From a virus (lineage: Duplodnaviria > Heunggongvirae > Uroviricota > Caudoviricetes), in the IMG/VR virus record IMGVR_UViG_2713896790_000012: DNA of 38,455 nt, one strand, 5' to 3'. The notes beneath the pieces were generated by a model, which saw only the letters and a list, made by a program, of their open reading frames with translations, was not told the DNA's origin and did not search any database. How positions within the stretch are numbered: position 1 is the stretch's first letter; each line of letters starts with the position of its first letter. Positions 1-9,736 of the stretch are shown one piece after another. The position numbers and the translations under genes are program-made.

Positions 1-393
1 ATTCCTGTCACCCTTTGAGGTGGTTTCCACCAGTGCCTGTACACCGAAGGTAAAGCGCAGACGGTCGATGTTTGCCGACGTAATGGTGCGGGTGATCGGC
101 GTGTCATATTTCACTTCCGTACCCAGCACCGTCTCGGAACCGGAGGATTCAAATCCCTCCGGCGGTGACTGCTCCTGCTCGCCTGCCCGGAACACCACCG
201 TGACGCCGGAGATATTGGTATTCCCCTCACTGTCCAGCACCGGCGTACTGTTCAGCAGCACGCTTTTTAAGCCATCCACCGGACCTTCAACCGGCCCTTC
301 ACTGATGGCATCGATCACACTCAGCAACTGCGTGGACTTCAGGTTGTCCTTCGCTTCGCGCGGGATATGCCCCTTACTGCTTCCTTTGCCCAT
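1..393 (-). CDS. J: Tail tip / host-specificity protein J, N-terminal fragment (ORF runs off the window start)
   Basis: Reverse complement of 369-393 reads ATG GGC AAA GGA AGC AGT AAG GGG CAT = MGKGSSKGH, the remembered lambda gpJ N-terminus; sits immediately downstream of gpI as in lambda; absent from ORF track because it is open at the window edge. Confidence 0.75.
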   Translation of the reverse strand, partial: MGKGSSKGHIPREAKDNLKSTQLLSVIDAISEGPVEGPVDGLKSVLLNSTPVLDSEGNTNISGVTVVFRAGEQEQSPPEGFESSGSETVLGTEVKYDTPITRTITSANIDRLRFTFGVQALVETTSKGDRN

Positions 394-453
394 TCGTCAT
401 GCTCCATAAACGACAAAACCGCCCGGAGGCGGTTTCACATGAAATATTTTGCA

Positions 454-1062
454 TCAGCGGCCAATCACCACAACCTGACCACCGTCCCCTTCATCTGCCG
501 TGCTGATCTCCTGAGAAACCACACGAGACCCCACGCGCATTTCACCGTACAGAACAGGCAGAACATTGCCCTGGGCAACCATGTTATCCAGTGATGAGAA
601 ATAGGTGTTCTGCTTACCGTTATCCGTGCTGGTCGCTGTGGGCGTCCGGGCTTTCGGTGCCAGCATCTGGGCCACACCACCCAGGATCATACTGGCCCCT
701 GCCGCATACATGCCCGATACAGCCGCGGCACCCAGCCAGCCCACAGGGTTCCACCATGCCACCGCAATCAGCGCCGCACCCAGCACTGCCTGAAAAACAC
801 CGCCACTTTTAGCTCCCGCCAGACGCGGCACAATGTGGATCACGGCACCATTTGCCAGCGACTCATTAAGACGGGCAGATAATTCATTTTCGCCTGCATC
901 ACGCCCGGCAATGCGCACCTGATACCAGCCCTCATTCAGTTTCTGACGAAACGCCGGGAGCTGTGTGGACAACGCCCGGATGGCTTCAGCCCCCGTTTTT
1001 ACACGAAGGTCGATGCGGCGGCCAAATCGTTGTAAATCCCCGTAAAGGCAGATGCGTGCCAT
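454..1062 (-). CDS. I: Tail assembly protein I
   Basis: Translation from internal ATG at 1062 (MARICLYGDLQRFGRRIDLRVKTG...ISTADEGDGGQVVVIGR) matches lambda gpI from memory; track ORF 454..1386 is an artefactual extension through the N gap. Confidence 0.8.
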   Translation of the reverse strand: MARICLYGDLQRFGRRIDLRVKTGAEAIRALSTQLPAFRQKLNEGWYQVRIAGRDAGENELSARLNESLANGAVIHIVPRLAGAKSGGVFQAVLGAALIAVAWWNPVGWLGAAAVSGMYAAGASMILGGVAQMLAPKARTPTATSTDNGKQNTYFSSLDNMVAQGNVLPVLYGEMRVGSRVVSQEISTADEGDGGQVVVIGR

Positions 1063-1707
1063 GCCCGGTGACGCCAGAGGGAGTGTGTGCGTCGCNNNNN
1101 NNNNNNNNNNNNNNNNNNNNNNNNNNNNNNNNNNNNNNNNNNNNNNNNNNNNNNNNNNNNNNNNNNNNNNNNNNNNNNNNNNNNNNNTCATCCTCACGAT
1201 GAAAGTCCGGCATCTCAATCCCCGCCAGATGATAAGCATCCCGGAACAGCGTGTAACAGTCCGTCGCCCCGTGCTCAAAGCGCCGCCCGGTAAGATGCGG
1301 CACACAGCGGAATTTATGAATCTCACCCCGGCAGACCAGCCACCAAGGCAAATCGCTCTGCACCTGCAGCCGCCTGTCAGCCTCACTCAGCCAGGGCAGA
1401 CCACCGGGGTGGCTGTGGACCAGCGCCACAATCTCACNNNNNNNNNNNNNNNNNNNNNNNNNNNNNNNNNNNNNNNNNNNNNNNNNNTCACTCAGCCAGG
1501 GCAGACCACCGGGGTGGCTGTGGACCAGCGCCACAATCTCACCCTGCATCTCTGCCCGCAGCCAGTCCTCCGGCGACATCCGGAAATACGCCTCCGGCTC
1601 ACCGGAGATATTCACGCAGGGAAAATATCTTTCCCCTTCCGGCGTTCTCACCACGAAGCCGCACGACTCCGCTGGCGCACATCGCCGGGCGTGCGCCAGA
1701 ATCGCTG
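999..1707 (-). CDS. K: Tail assembly protein K (MPN/JAB + NlpC/P60), 5' end lost in N gap, interrupted by two further gaps
   Basis: AILAHARRCAPAESCGF...EIVALVHSHPGGLPWLSEADRRLQVQSDLPWW and, in a second frame after the 1096-1187 gap, RRTHSLWRHRAWHASAFTGIYNDLAAASTFV then TAA (stop 999-1001); matches lambda gpK from memory. Confidence 0.7.
1096..1187. other. Assembly gap / masked run (92 N) inside gene K
   Basis: Run of N read directly. Confidence 0.99.
1438..1487. other. Assembly gap (50 N) flanked by an identical 57-bp duplication
   Basis: tcactcagccagggcagaccaccggggtggctgtggaccagcgccacaatctcac appears on both sides. Confidence 0.99.
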
Positions 1708-1757
1708 NNNNNNNNNNNNNNNNNNNNNNNNNNNNNNNNNNNNNNNNNNNNNNNNNN
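1708..1757. other. Assembly gap (50 N) at the L/K junction
   Basis: Run of N read directly. Confidence 0.99.
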
Positions 1758-2383
1758 AGGCATTTGCTGCATTTATCCTTCGTGATATCGGACGTCGGCT
1801 GGTCATATTCATCCGCGACAGCCGGACCATGATAACCGCACTCATCACCGCGATAGGTCCAGGTGCAGGTGTTGGCCAGCATGATGCGCCCCGGAAAAAC
1901 AGCACCATCCGTTTCCGTCGGTGTGGAGAGCACAAAGGAGGCACTGACCGCACTCAGTTCGCTGCACTGCTCGATGCGCCAGCGGCTGATCACCTCCTGC
2001 TCCGGATCGGCGTCGCTGTTTCCGTTGACGAAGTTCACCGCATCCAGAAAACGGGCGTAAACCTTACGCCTGACCACCGTTCCGCCGACCAGACTCTGCA
2101 GGTCTTCCGCCATCCCGGTGACCATGCCGTGCAGGTTAGAGACCGTCAGTGTCGGACGGGTAGCACTACCCTTACCGTTCAGTTCAAATCCCGTCCCCTG
2201 AATAGGGTATACCTGATACTGCCGCCCCTGCCAGGTGACCGGCTCACCTTTTTCGTTCTGCTCATTACAGAAAAAATAACGTTCACCACCGACCTCTGTC
2301 AGATCGATTTCCCAGAGCACCACCTGGGCTGACTGAGTAAGGCGTGTCGTCTCATGATGTGTTTCCTGTCGTATGTCCTGCAT
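1758..2383 (-). CDS. L: Minor tail protein L, 3' end lost in N gap
   Basis: [11 protein letters not shown]...VVLWEIDLTEVGGERYFFCNEQNEKGEPVTWQGRQYQ...TCTWTYRGDECGY...KDKCSKC matches lambda gpL from memory; coding continues into the 1708-1757 N run. Confidence 0.8.
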
Positions 2384-2721
2384 CAGATCACCACTTCGTC
2401 AAACTGACACGAAAAATCGGTATAGGTGATATGTTCTGTCGCTGACCACGTTCGACACACCACTCTGATTTTTCTGTTAATACCCGGCGGGCGCCAAAAA
2501 AAAGATTTATAGCCTCCATGCCGAGCCAGAAACAGTTCAAATGAATTACGTTCATTCGCCTCAACCCTGAAATCACAGGTAAAAACACGCAGAGAATGAT
2601 TAAGTCCGTTTGGGCTTCGTTGTTCATAACCATCGCCAAATCTTACAGTTTTTATCGATGGCTTATTTTCTGTTTTCATTCCATCCTCTGGTAACCAGTA
2701 AAATTCTTCCGTATTAGCCAC
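2383..2721 (-). CDS. M: Minor tail protein M
   Basis: 112-aa ORF between tape measure and L; ...[16 protein letters not shown]...FWRPP... resembles lambda gpM; gene order H-M-L-K-I-J preserved. Confidence 0.7.
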   Translation of the reverse strand: MANTEEFYWLPEDGMKTENKPSIKTVRFGDGYEQRSPNGLNHSLRVFTCDFRVEANERNSFELFLARHGGYKSFFWRPPGINRKIRVVCRTWSATEHITYTDFSCQFDEVVI

Positions 2722-5700
2722 TTAACATTCCTCCATCACGTCGCATATTTAACAGAGCGCCCTGCACCCGCTGATCAACCATCCCCATAAGTGCTTTTAT
2801 TGCCTGAGGACCAATCTCTCCATTCTGGCCGTCATTTTGAATAGTGATTTGGTATACAGGGGCATAAGTAATATCTCTGCCTCCATTACCACTTTTACTA
2901 TTAATAGCTCTGACACCAAGAGAACCATCGGAAGTTCGCGTTAATGGCATAATAGCTTCCGGTCCAGCCTCACCAAAAACACCAGCTCCTTTTGCAAAAG
3001 CAAAAAATTGCGGGGAGTCATAAATACCGTTCGAATATGTACTCAATGACGGAGACTCATAAACACCGCCCTTTGCATTCGGAATAAATTTACTAATAGC
3101 ACTCCCGATAGTTCCTAAAATACCCCCAGAAGAACTGTTACTAATGCTGTCGAAAATCCCAGTAATTGAAGCCTTTAATGCAATTCGACTAAGATCTGAA
3201 ATCACGGAAGTAGCGAAAGAACGAAAATTTGCCTTGCCTGTCGTGACAAAATCACCTAGCGCATCGGTCATCCCATCAAACATCTGAGTCGTGGTTGATT
3301 TTATTTGCGCACCGATATCCTTAGTGTCATCCAGCCAGTTATTGAATCCCTGGGAGGCACCACTAATCCAGTCTCCTGCCTGAATATCGAGCTGCTCGTT
3401 TTTCTGGCTGACAATTTCTTTTTCTCGCTCCAGAGCATCATTCAGAGCCTGCATTTTCTCCTGAAAAACATGATTTGACATTCCACGGGATTTATCTGCA
3501 TAGTCACGTTCAAGTTGCAGACGCTGATTGTTATATTCACGTTCAATCCGCAGTAATTCCTGCTGGCGTTGCTGATTTTTATCGCCAACCCCATAACCAG
3601 CAATCTGAATATCATACCCCTGCTGACGATTATCAATCGAAGCCTGCAATGAATCACGCCATGCGGCTATTTCGGCGGATTCTTTGATTAGCCTGTTATT
3701 TTTTTCAATCGCAACATTTTTCTCCATCAACGCGGTTATTTCTTCCCGGTGTAAGAGAAGCGATTTCTGATCCTGGGTTAATTTCGATGACGGTCGTGAC
3801 TCCAGGTCGGCAATCTGCTGACGCCACTTAACCAGTTCCTGTTCAGAGGAACTTAATTTAACGGTCAATTCAGCTTGTGAACTTAGTAACGCATTCTGTT
3901 GATTCAGATGATCAATCATTCGTTGGGCAGCATCATCCGAATAACCTTTCGCCTTTGGTTGCTTTGGATCTTTATAACGCTCATTTATTTGAGCGATAAG
4001 ATTATTATATTCTTCCTTTGAATACTGATTCTTTAGCTTTTCCAGTTTTGCAAGTTCACTAGCTCTCTGCTGCTCCCGGGTCTGATATTGTTTTGAAAAA
4101 GCATCTGCTCTCTGTCTGAGTTCAATTCCTTCCTGTTGTCGCTTGTTGTAATCGTTTATTGATGAATTTAGTACGTCCTGAGCAATTTTTTCTGCTTGAA
4201 GTACGCCCAATTGCTGCTTTAATCGTGCCAGCTTTTTATTTTGAGCTCCGCCATCTCCAATGCCACCTAACCCGAAAACTCCGGGTCGGGTATTTTTTTC
4301 TATTTCATCAATTTGACGGAGAACATCTGAGATTTTTTGATCAAGGGAGGCCTCACGGCCAATATCCAGCATGGAATCCCATGCCCATTTTGCGGAGTCT
4401 GCGACAGCTTTCCATGCAGTCTCAAGATAACCAAGATTTTCTTTAATCTGGTTGGTGCGCTGGATCATTGAGGATGAGTATGCTTCTGTCGCAATGCGGG
4501 CGGCCTCCTGCTGGTTCCCTTCATCCTGTAGCGCCTTAATCTGGTTATAAGTCGCAAGTGTCAGAAAATGGTACTGATCATTAAGTTTTGATATAGCACT
4601 GACAGGATCCTTTGCAATTTCATTGAAGTCATTAACCAGTTGTTCGGTTGATATTCCTGTTACTTCGCTCGTTTTTACTATCGCTGTCGTCACTTGCTCC
4701 AGCGAACTGCTCGCTACCTTTCCCGAACGCACAAGCTGGTTTAATACTGCCGCCGCAGCGCCAGTTGTCGAATCAGCCGCATTCCCGGCACGTTGAGCTA
4801 TATCGGCCAATTGCCCGCTGGTTGTCCCCAACTGATTTCCGGTAAGAATAAGAGATTTATTAAATTCGTCCTGCTCCTGAGAGCCTTTATAGTAAGCCAG
4901 CCCTAAGACGCCAACGGCTGCTGCGGCCAGGGTAAAAGGATTAATTAATCCCAGCACATAAGAACCTACACCTTTGATCGCCGGGCCAATCCCACCGAAC
5001 ATATCTTTTAGCTGGCCGCCCTGCTGCATTAACACCATAAATGGCGACTGACCAGTGGACAACCCAACAACAATATCCGTCATTTGTGCAGGCAACATGC
5101 GCATAGCAAAAGCCGTTTGTTTTGCCGACATTCCGGTTTTGCTTAATTGCGATTGAGTAACCTCAAGCTCACTCCGCATAGCACGAAGTTTTCCAGAAAG
5201 CTCCTCATACATTTCAGGAGAAAGCATCCCCTTAGCTTTTGCTTCATTGAGCTGTTTCTGTTGTTCTACCAGACGATTAAAAGCAGTTCCGACAGGATCA
5301 AGTTGAGCAATCAGACGTTGCAAAGCAGCAACCTGTTCATCATGTGCTTTTGCTGCTTCTCGCTCTGCCTGAGCCTCTCCGGTAAGCTCTCGCCGTGTTT
5401 CCTGTATTTTTCGGCTATAATTCTCAAACTGAGAACCATTTATTTTCCCGGATGCAAACGCAGCATTAAGTTCATCCTGCTGTTGTTCAAGATTTCTTAG
5501 CGCCGCAGCCAGAGGGTCGATCTTGTCCAGCATTCTTTGAAAGACCTGAGCCTGCGCTTCCTGCTGGGCGGCAGCAAGTTTTCCGGCCTTCTCGGCTTCT
5601 CTCTGCGCTTGCGCAACCCCGCTCAATTCCTCTGTGGTTTCATTAAGTTTACGGACAAGAAATTCATATTCTTCTTTATCAATAAGCCCTTTATCGAAAA

Positions 5701-5947
5701 ATTTCTTTAATTCAGAATAGCGTCGACCGACAGTATCAATTGCGGCACCAACTGGATCAATAGCTGCTTTTAATTTTGCGAGCGCGTTCTTCTCATCTTC
5801 TGTTGCCTTAGTCACTTTCCCTGCGCTATTTGCAGCAGTTTCCCCAGCCTGCGTCATTTTGACTAATGAGGAGGCCAGATTGTCAGCATTATTTTTCGCT
5901 CCAGTGCTATCAATAATTATTGCGAGACGCGAGGTTTGCTCTGCCAT
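2714..5947 (-). CDS. Tail tape measure protein (H-like)
   Basis: 1077-aa ORF, long coiled-coil-rich N-terminal half, hydrophobic Gly-rich segment ([21 protein letters not shown]), position between G-T chaperone and M. Confidence 0.85.
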   Translation of the reverse strand: MAEQTSRLAIIIDSTGAKNNADNLASSLVKMTQAGETAANSAGKVTKATEDEKNALAKLKAAIDPVGAAIDTVGRRYSELKKFFDKGLIDKEEYEFLVRKLNETTEELSGVAQAQREAEKAGKLAAAQQEAQAQVFQRMLDKIDPLAAALRNLEQQQDELNAAFASGKINGSQFENYSRKIQETRRELTGEAQAEREAAKAHDEQVAALQRLIAQLDPVGTAFNRLVEQQKQLNEAKAKGMLSPEMYEELSGKLRAMRSELEVTQSQLSKTGMSAKQTAFAMRMLPAQMTDIVVGLSTGQSPFMVLMQQGGQLKDMFGGIGPAIKGVGSYVLGLINPFTLAAAAVGVLGLAYYKGSQEQDEFNKSLILTGNQLGTTSGQLADIAQRAGNAADSTTGAAAAVLNQLVRSGKVASSSLEQVTTAIVKTSEVTGISTEQLVNDFNEIAKDPVSAISKLNDQYHFLTLATYNQIKALQDEGNQQEAARIATEAYSSSMIQRTNQIKENLGYLETAWKAVADSAKWAWDSMLDIGREASLDQKISDVLRQIDEIEKNTRPGVFGLGGIGDGGAQNKKLARLKQQLGVLQAEKIAQDVLNSSINDYNKRQQEGIELRQRADAFSKQYQTREQQRASELAKLEKLKNQYSKEEYNNLIAQINERYKDPKQPKAKGYSDDAAQRMIDHLNQQNALLSSQAELTVKLSSSEQELVKWRQQIADLESRPSSKLTQDQKSLLLHREEITALMEKNVAIEKNNRLIKESAEIAAWRDSLQASIDNRQQGYDIQIAGYGVGDKNQQRQQELLRIEREYNNQRLQLERDYADKSRGMSNHVFQEKMQALNDALEREKEIVSQKNEQLDIQAGDWISGASQGFNNWLDDTKDIGAQIKSTTTQMFDGMTDALGDFVTTGKANFRSFATSVISDLSRIALKASITGIFDSISNSSSGGILGTIGSAISKFIPNAKGGVYESPSLSTYSNGIYDSPQFFAFAKGAGVFGEAGPEAIMPLTRTSDGSLGVRAINSKSGNGGRDITYAPVYQITIQNDGQNGEIGPQAIKALMGMVDQRVQGALLNMRRDGGMLSG

Positions 5948-5960
5948 TCATTAAAACTCC

Positions 5961-5990
5961 TGACAACAAAAAACCCACCGAAGTGGGTTT
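5961..5990 (-). terminator. Intrinsic-terminator-like hairpin plus U-tract 14-45 nt upstream of the tape measure start
   Basis: Minus strand reads AAACCCAC TTCG GTGGGTTT followed by TTTTGTTGTC, immediately before the SD/ATG of the tape measure gene. Confidence 0.35.
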
Positions 5991-6110
5991 CAGGCGACAT
6001 AATAGTAGATATAGCGATTACGAGGCCACGCAATGCTTTTCTCCAGGAGCATCATCGATTTAATTAAAGACACCATCACATCTCTGTAACAGAGTGTACG
6101 TAATTAACAA

Positions 6111-6880
6111 CTACACACACTGCTCCTGAAAATACTGGTCATCCAGTGCAAAGATCACTGCTTCAAATTCATCGCGCTCAATCAATACCGGATGAGTGGC
6201 TAAATATTCATTTATCTCTGTCAGAGATAAAGGCAAAGGCACCCCAGTCATTCCAGCATAACGTCGGGCACGGGATATTACCGAATAGGCGTACAACAAT
6301 TCCTTAAGCACCGGGTCTATTTCTGGTTCCGGTATCGGTGGCAACCTGAGTTTTTCTCGCTTCCATCTTGCCTTTTCACCCTTTTCTCCCCCGAACTCCG
6401 ATAACCACCGCTGGGCGGCTATGGCTTTTTTATCGTATCCTGCTTCTGCTGCTCTTTACCCTGGGCGATGCTGGCTGCTTCTGCAAGGATCTGCCAGTAC
6501 AACTCCGGATTCTGCTTAAGCAGCGCGATCCCTCGTTCTGGCGTATATTCCAGTGCAACCTCAACACCATCAACCAGTTCACCAACCCCTTTCCAGTCTT
6601 TCAGCAGATAACGAGCAGCATTATCAATGAGTAAATCATCAACAGAATCCACCTCGGAAACCTTTGCAATATCAAACTCCTTCGTTCCGACGTGCAAACT
6701 GGCATCCATTTTCTCAATGTGGCGACGGATTAATGCATTACGGGAGCGATACTGATCGTTATCGCTGCTTGCCACCAACAGTTTTAACCCGTCTACAGGT
6801 TTTAAGTCCTTCATTGGGGTAAACCAGCGTTCACCACCGATGATAATTTTCTGATTAAGAATAAACATCCATAACCTCAT
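6111..6880 (-). CDS. G-T tail assembly chaperone fusion made by programmed -1 frameshift
   Basis: Slippery A_AAA_AAG on minus strand (plus coords 6425-6431) one codon before the G stop; the -1 frame is open from there to a stop at 6111 (..KAIAAQRWLSEFGGEKGEKARWKREKLRLPPIPEPEIDPVLKELL..). Confidence 0.6.
6419..6880 (-). CDS. Tail assembly chaperone G
   Basis: 153-aa ORF between major tail and tape measure genes; ends ...QDTIKKP* with a slippery heptamer directly before the stop. Confidence 0.65.
   Translation of the reverse strand: MRLWMFILNQKIIIGGERWFTPMKDLKPVDGLKLLVASSDNDQYRSRNALIRRHIEKMDASLHVGTKEFDIAKVSEVDSVDDLLIDNAARYLLKDWKGVGELVDGVEVALEYTPERGIALLKQNPELYWQILAEAASIAQGKEQQKQDTIKKP
6425..6431 (-). 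other. Slippery heptanucleotide A_AAA_AAG (recoding site)
   Basis: Minus-strand ...GAT ACG ATA AAA AAG CCA TAG read directly from the sequence. Confidence 0.6.
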
Positions 6881-6928
6881 TCAATGCGCCCCCCTGTAGT
6901 GCAGTACCACAGGGGGAATAACGGAAAA

Positions 6929-7891
6929 TCAACTAATCGCCTCAGCACTGGCTTTTGCGATCACGGCAGCCGGGGAGGCTTTTTTTCTGGTTATCGTAGG
7001 TGCTTCATCTGCTGCGGTAATGCTCAATTGAACCTGGATAATGTCGGTATTACCCCCATCAGGCCATTCACCTGACATCTGAACCTTCGGGAAACTGAAA
7101 GTGTATGCCCCCTCTCCATTCGAAAGCGTGAAGCTGAACGGAACTGTTTCTCCAGTCAGTGTTTTACTCCAGATTTCCCACGCGGCTTTAGACCATGAAA
7201 GCGTCACCGTACCGGACGGTGTAAAAGTAGTCGGAATATTTGCTCCTGCATAAGGCGAGCCAGTCCCGATACAACGCTGTGTCTGGAGTTTGTTATCGAA
7301 CTGAATATCAAAACTGTCGATACAAAAACCGTTACCTCCGGCAACACCATTCAGGCTTACTGCTGAAACCTCCTTAAACGAATAACGTAGCTTTCCTGCA
7401 CTATCCACAGGTTCGCCTTTGATAAAATTCGTATCATCGGCCTTTGATTCCCAGTCCAGCCCGGCAAAGGTTACGGTCGCCGTAATATCGCCGTCGTTAG
7501 GGATCTGCATTTTCCATGAGCCAACCTGCGCTCCTCTGACAACAGAGGCAATTCCGACATCGGACGCATAGGTCGCCAGAGAAAATGTTATTCGCTCATT
7601 CCCCATTGTCAGAGAATCACCTGACCATTCCGCGCCGAAACAGGATGCAAGAAAATCATCATGTTGACCCCAGCGAAATTTGGTACCAACATCACCGCCA
7701 ACATCCACAGTGCCAGGCGTCGCCCCCTGAGCCATCCGGGAGCCACCAATCTCATTATTTTCGCCTTTATTCTGGGTGGGTTTTACTCCCCAGCTTGTGC
7801 GTTTTAATAAACTCCAGTCACCACTTGCTGGTGTGGTGCCTGCAACTGTCTCCCGGATAAATGCCGAGATAACCTTTGCACCTGAACTCAC
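6929..7891 (-). CDS. Major tail tube protein (V-like), probably with a C-terminal Ig-like domain
   Basis: 320-aa ORF upstream of the G/G-T chaperone pair; Thr/Ser/Gly-rich beta-type composition; canonical position. Confidence 0.7.
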   Translation of the reverse strand: MSSGAKVISAFIRETVAGTTPASGDWSLLKRTSWGVKPTQNKGENNEIGGSRMAQGATPGTVDVGGDVGTKFRWGQHDDFLASCFGAEWSGDSLTMGNERITFSLATYASDVGIASVVRGAQVGSWKMQIPNDGDITATVTFAGLDWESKADDTNFIKGEPVDSAGKLRYSFKEVSAVSLNGVAGGNGFCIDSFDIQFDNKLQTQRCIGTGSPYAGANIPTTFTPSGTVTLSWSKAAWEIWSKTLTGETVPFSFTLSNGEGAYTFSFPKVQMSGEWPDGGNTDIIQVQLSITAADEAPTITRKKASPAAVIAKASAEAIS

Positions 7892-7917
7892 AGGAGCCTC
7901 CTATGTCATTAATTGCG

Positions 7918-8310
7918 CTAGAGCGCGCGATATGGAATTTGAAGATTAAGCTGGAACCAGCCATTCTTTTCGCCAACGGTTATTGAGGAAACAGCCTGGT
8001 AACTGAGACGGTCGTCATCCTGAAACTCAAACAGTTCCCGCAATTTATCGGCTGTCTCAGTAATGAGTTTTGAACCAGAACCTGCGGGGACAAATAACTG
8101 AATAATGATTATCCCCGTGCGATAAACAACCGGCCCCGCACCAATTTCATTAACTCCAGCCTGCCCGGGAATATTACTTAACCGCGCCCAGATTAACTTA
8201 CCGGAAGGATCGAACGTTGGCCCGTTCGGATACAATACGTCTTTTCCATTAATAACCGTCTGTGCCGTCATTCTGGAAATGACCGTATTTCTGATTTCAG
8301 TAAACGTCAT
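7918..8310 (-). CDS. Tail terminator / tail attachment protein (U-like)
   Basis: 130-aa ORF immediately upstream of major tail gene; assignment by position. Confidence 0.45.
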   Translation of the reverse strand: MTFTEIRNTVISRMTAQTVINGKDVLYPNGPTFDPSGKLIWARLSNIPGQAGVNEIGAGPVVYRTGIIIIQLFVPAGSGSKLITETADKLRELFEFQDDDRLSYQAVSSITVGEKNGWFQLNLQIPYRAL

Positions 8311-8687
8311 TTGTAAGCCTGTAAAACACCATGAAAAGCGTTGGCATACACGCCAGTTGGCGCTTGTTGTGAATGACCGTTTTCAAGAGCCTCTGCATAA
8401 GGAAGGTTATTCTGGATATAAATAATTCCGTAATTTGCAGCTTTCGAAATAACCCCGATCCCACGCTGAACCGCAATCGTACCGTTCGGATCCACGTTAT
8501 CAGATATACCAAAATCGGGATGCTGTAACGACACCATGTTGTTATTTCTGAAACGCCCGGTATCAACCGGAGCAGCAATATCGATAGCAGTAAGAATCTG
8601 AATAGCGATGTAGCGAATTTTCAGCCCCACATCTTCCTCAATCATCCCGGCAAATATTGACGGTTCGATATCCCATGCCTTTGCCAT
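8307..8687 (-). CDS. Tail completion protein, HK97 gp10-like
   Basis: 126 aa, contains ...APVDTGRFRNNN... resembling the HK97 gp10-family motif; 4-nt overlap with downstream gene. Confidence 0.5.
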   Translation of the reverse strand: MAKAWDIEPSIFAGMIEEDVGLKIRYIAIQILTAIDIAAPVDTGRFRNNNMVSLQHPDFGISDNVDPNGTIAVQRGIGVISKAANYGIIYIQNNLPYAEALENGHSQQAPTGVYANAFHGVLQAYK

Positions 8688-9074
8688 TTACGCTCTCCTT
8701 AACTGGATTGAGTAAACTGATGCGGAAGGATCTACACTCGCTGTAATTACCTCGTATCGTTGCAACTGCCTTGATACAGGATCATAAATCTCAATAATAT
8801 GGCCGACAGCGGTTTTATCCGTAACCTCGCATACCAGAGCTGTTAATTTAAGGTCACCATGCAAAATATTAATCCCATCAATTCTGCCCAGCTTATAACG
8901 CGTCAACACGCCTCGCCCGGTATAGGTTGCTGTGGATTCGCCGCCAGTTTCCGTCACTGGATTCCAGTTCCGGTGCGCAACGTAAGAACCAGAAAAATCA
9001 CTCACGGCGTCTGCTAAATCCTCATCAAAAGCAGCGGCAACCTCTGACTGAATCTCTTCACGAAGCCCCATCAT
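8688..9074 (-). CDS. Head-tail adaptor / head closure protein
   Basis: 128-aa ORF in the head-tail joining block; assignment by position and size. Confidence 0.45.
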   Translation of the reverse strand: MMGLREEIQSEVAAAFDEDLADAVSDFSGSYVAHRNWNPVTETGGESTATYTGRGVLTRYKLGRIDGINILHGDLKLTALVCEVTDKTAVGHIIEIYDPVSRQLQRYEVITASVDPSASVYSIQLRRA

Positions 9075-9466
9075 CCCCCCCTCACAACCCTGACTTGTGA
9101 GCGACTAAGTCCGTACGGTTTCAGCAGTGCTATCGCAAGCTGTAAATCGGGTTCAAGCAATGCAGTGCTGTTTGCTGGCAATTCAGCAAATGATTTCGAT
9201 ACACTGACCCCGTCAGCCGACACGGCTTTACTGATAACAACGCCAGAATCATTTTTCTGCTGAAACAACTTACCGACAGAGGCAATTCTGGCTGCATATG
9301 CTCCCGCAAGTTTTACCTCTTCCGGAATACGGGATGGGTTAATTTTCAGGCCGAAGCCATTAAGCCAGGCATTAGCCATTAAAACAGCTTTATTTTTAGC
9401 GTTCTCACTCGTCCAGGCGTTCCCAAACGCATTATCAACGTCATCACAGGTCACGTAAGTGATCAT
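9071..9466 (-). CDS. Head-tail connector (gp6-like)
   Basis: 131-aa ORF overlapping the next gene by 4 nt; position after capsid gene. Confidence 0.45.
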   Translation of the reverse strand: MITYVTCDDVDNAFGNAWTSENAKNKAVLMANAWLNGFGLKINPSRIPEEVKLAGAYAARIASVGKLFQQKNDSGVVISKAVSADGVSVSKSFAELPANSTALLEPDLQLAIALLKPYGLSRSQVRVVRGG

Positions 9467-9469
9467 GTG

Positions 9470-9694
9470 TTACTCCTGAGTTTTCCAGCCCAGAGCCTTC
9501 CAGTTGTCAACTTCATCAGGATGAACATTAGCGATAGTTGGTGCGCCGGGAAACATCTGATAATCGGTCACCATAACCACTAACTCAATTTGCGTTTTTT
9601 GTGGCTCCTGAATTTGCTCCACATTTTGCTCCACCACTGCATTTTTTTGCGCGGCTTCACGCTGTGCTCTTTGCTCTTTAGTTAATCCGGCCAT
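9470..9694 (-). CDS. Small hypothetical head-module protein
   Basis: 74-aa ORF co-oriented and tightly packed between capsid and connector genes. Confidence 0.4.
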   Translation of the reverse strand: MAGLTKEQRAQREAAQKNAVVEQNVEQIQEPQKTQIELVVMVTDYQMFPGAPTIANVHPDEVDNWKALGWKTQE

Positions 9695-9736
9695 ATACCC
9701 TCCATTAAAAATGGGGCCGAAGCCCCGTTTGGATGT

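Noticed and set aside
20-409. 129-aa plus-strand ORF at window start
   Set aside because: Antisense to the J N-terminal coding region, which has a clear MGKGSSKGH match.
454-1386. 310-aa minus-strand ORF from the track
   Set aside because: Upstream part reads through the 92-N gap; the real gene I starts at ATG 1062.
1052-2332. 426-aa plus-strand ORF
   Set aside because: Antisense to K and L, spans three N gaps, no RBS; open only because of gaps and GC-rich sequence.
986-2383. 465-aa minus-strand ORF from the track
   Set aside because: Chimera of L, K and out-of-frame sequence read through three N gaps; replaced by separate partial L and K calls.
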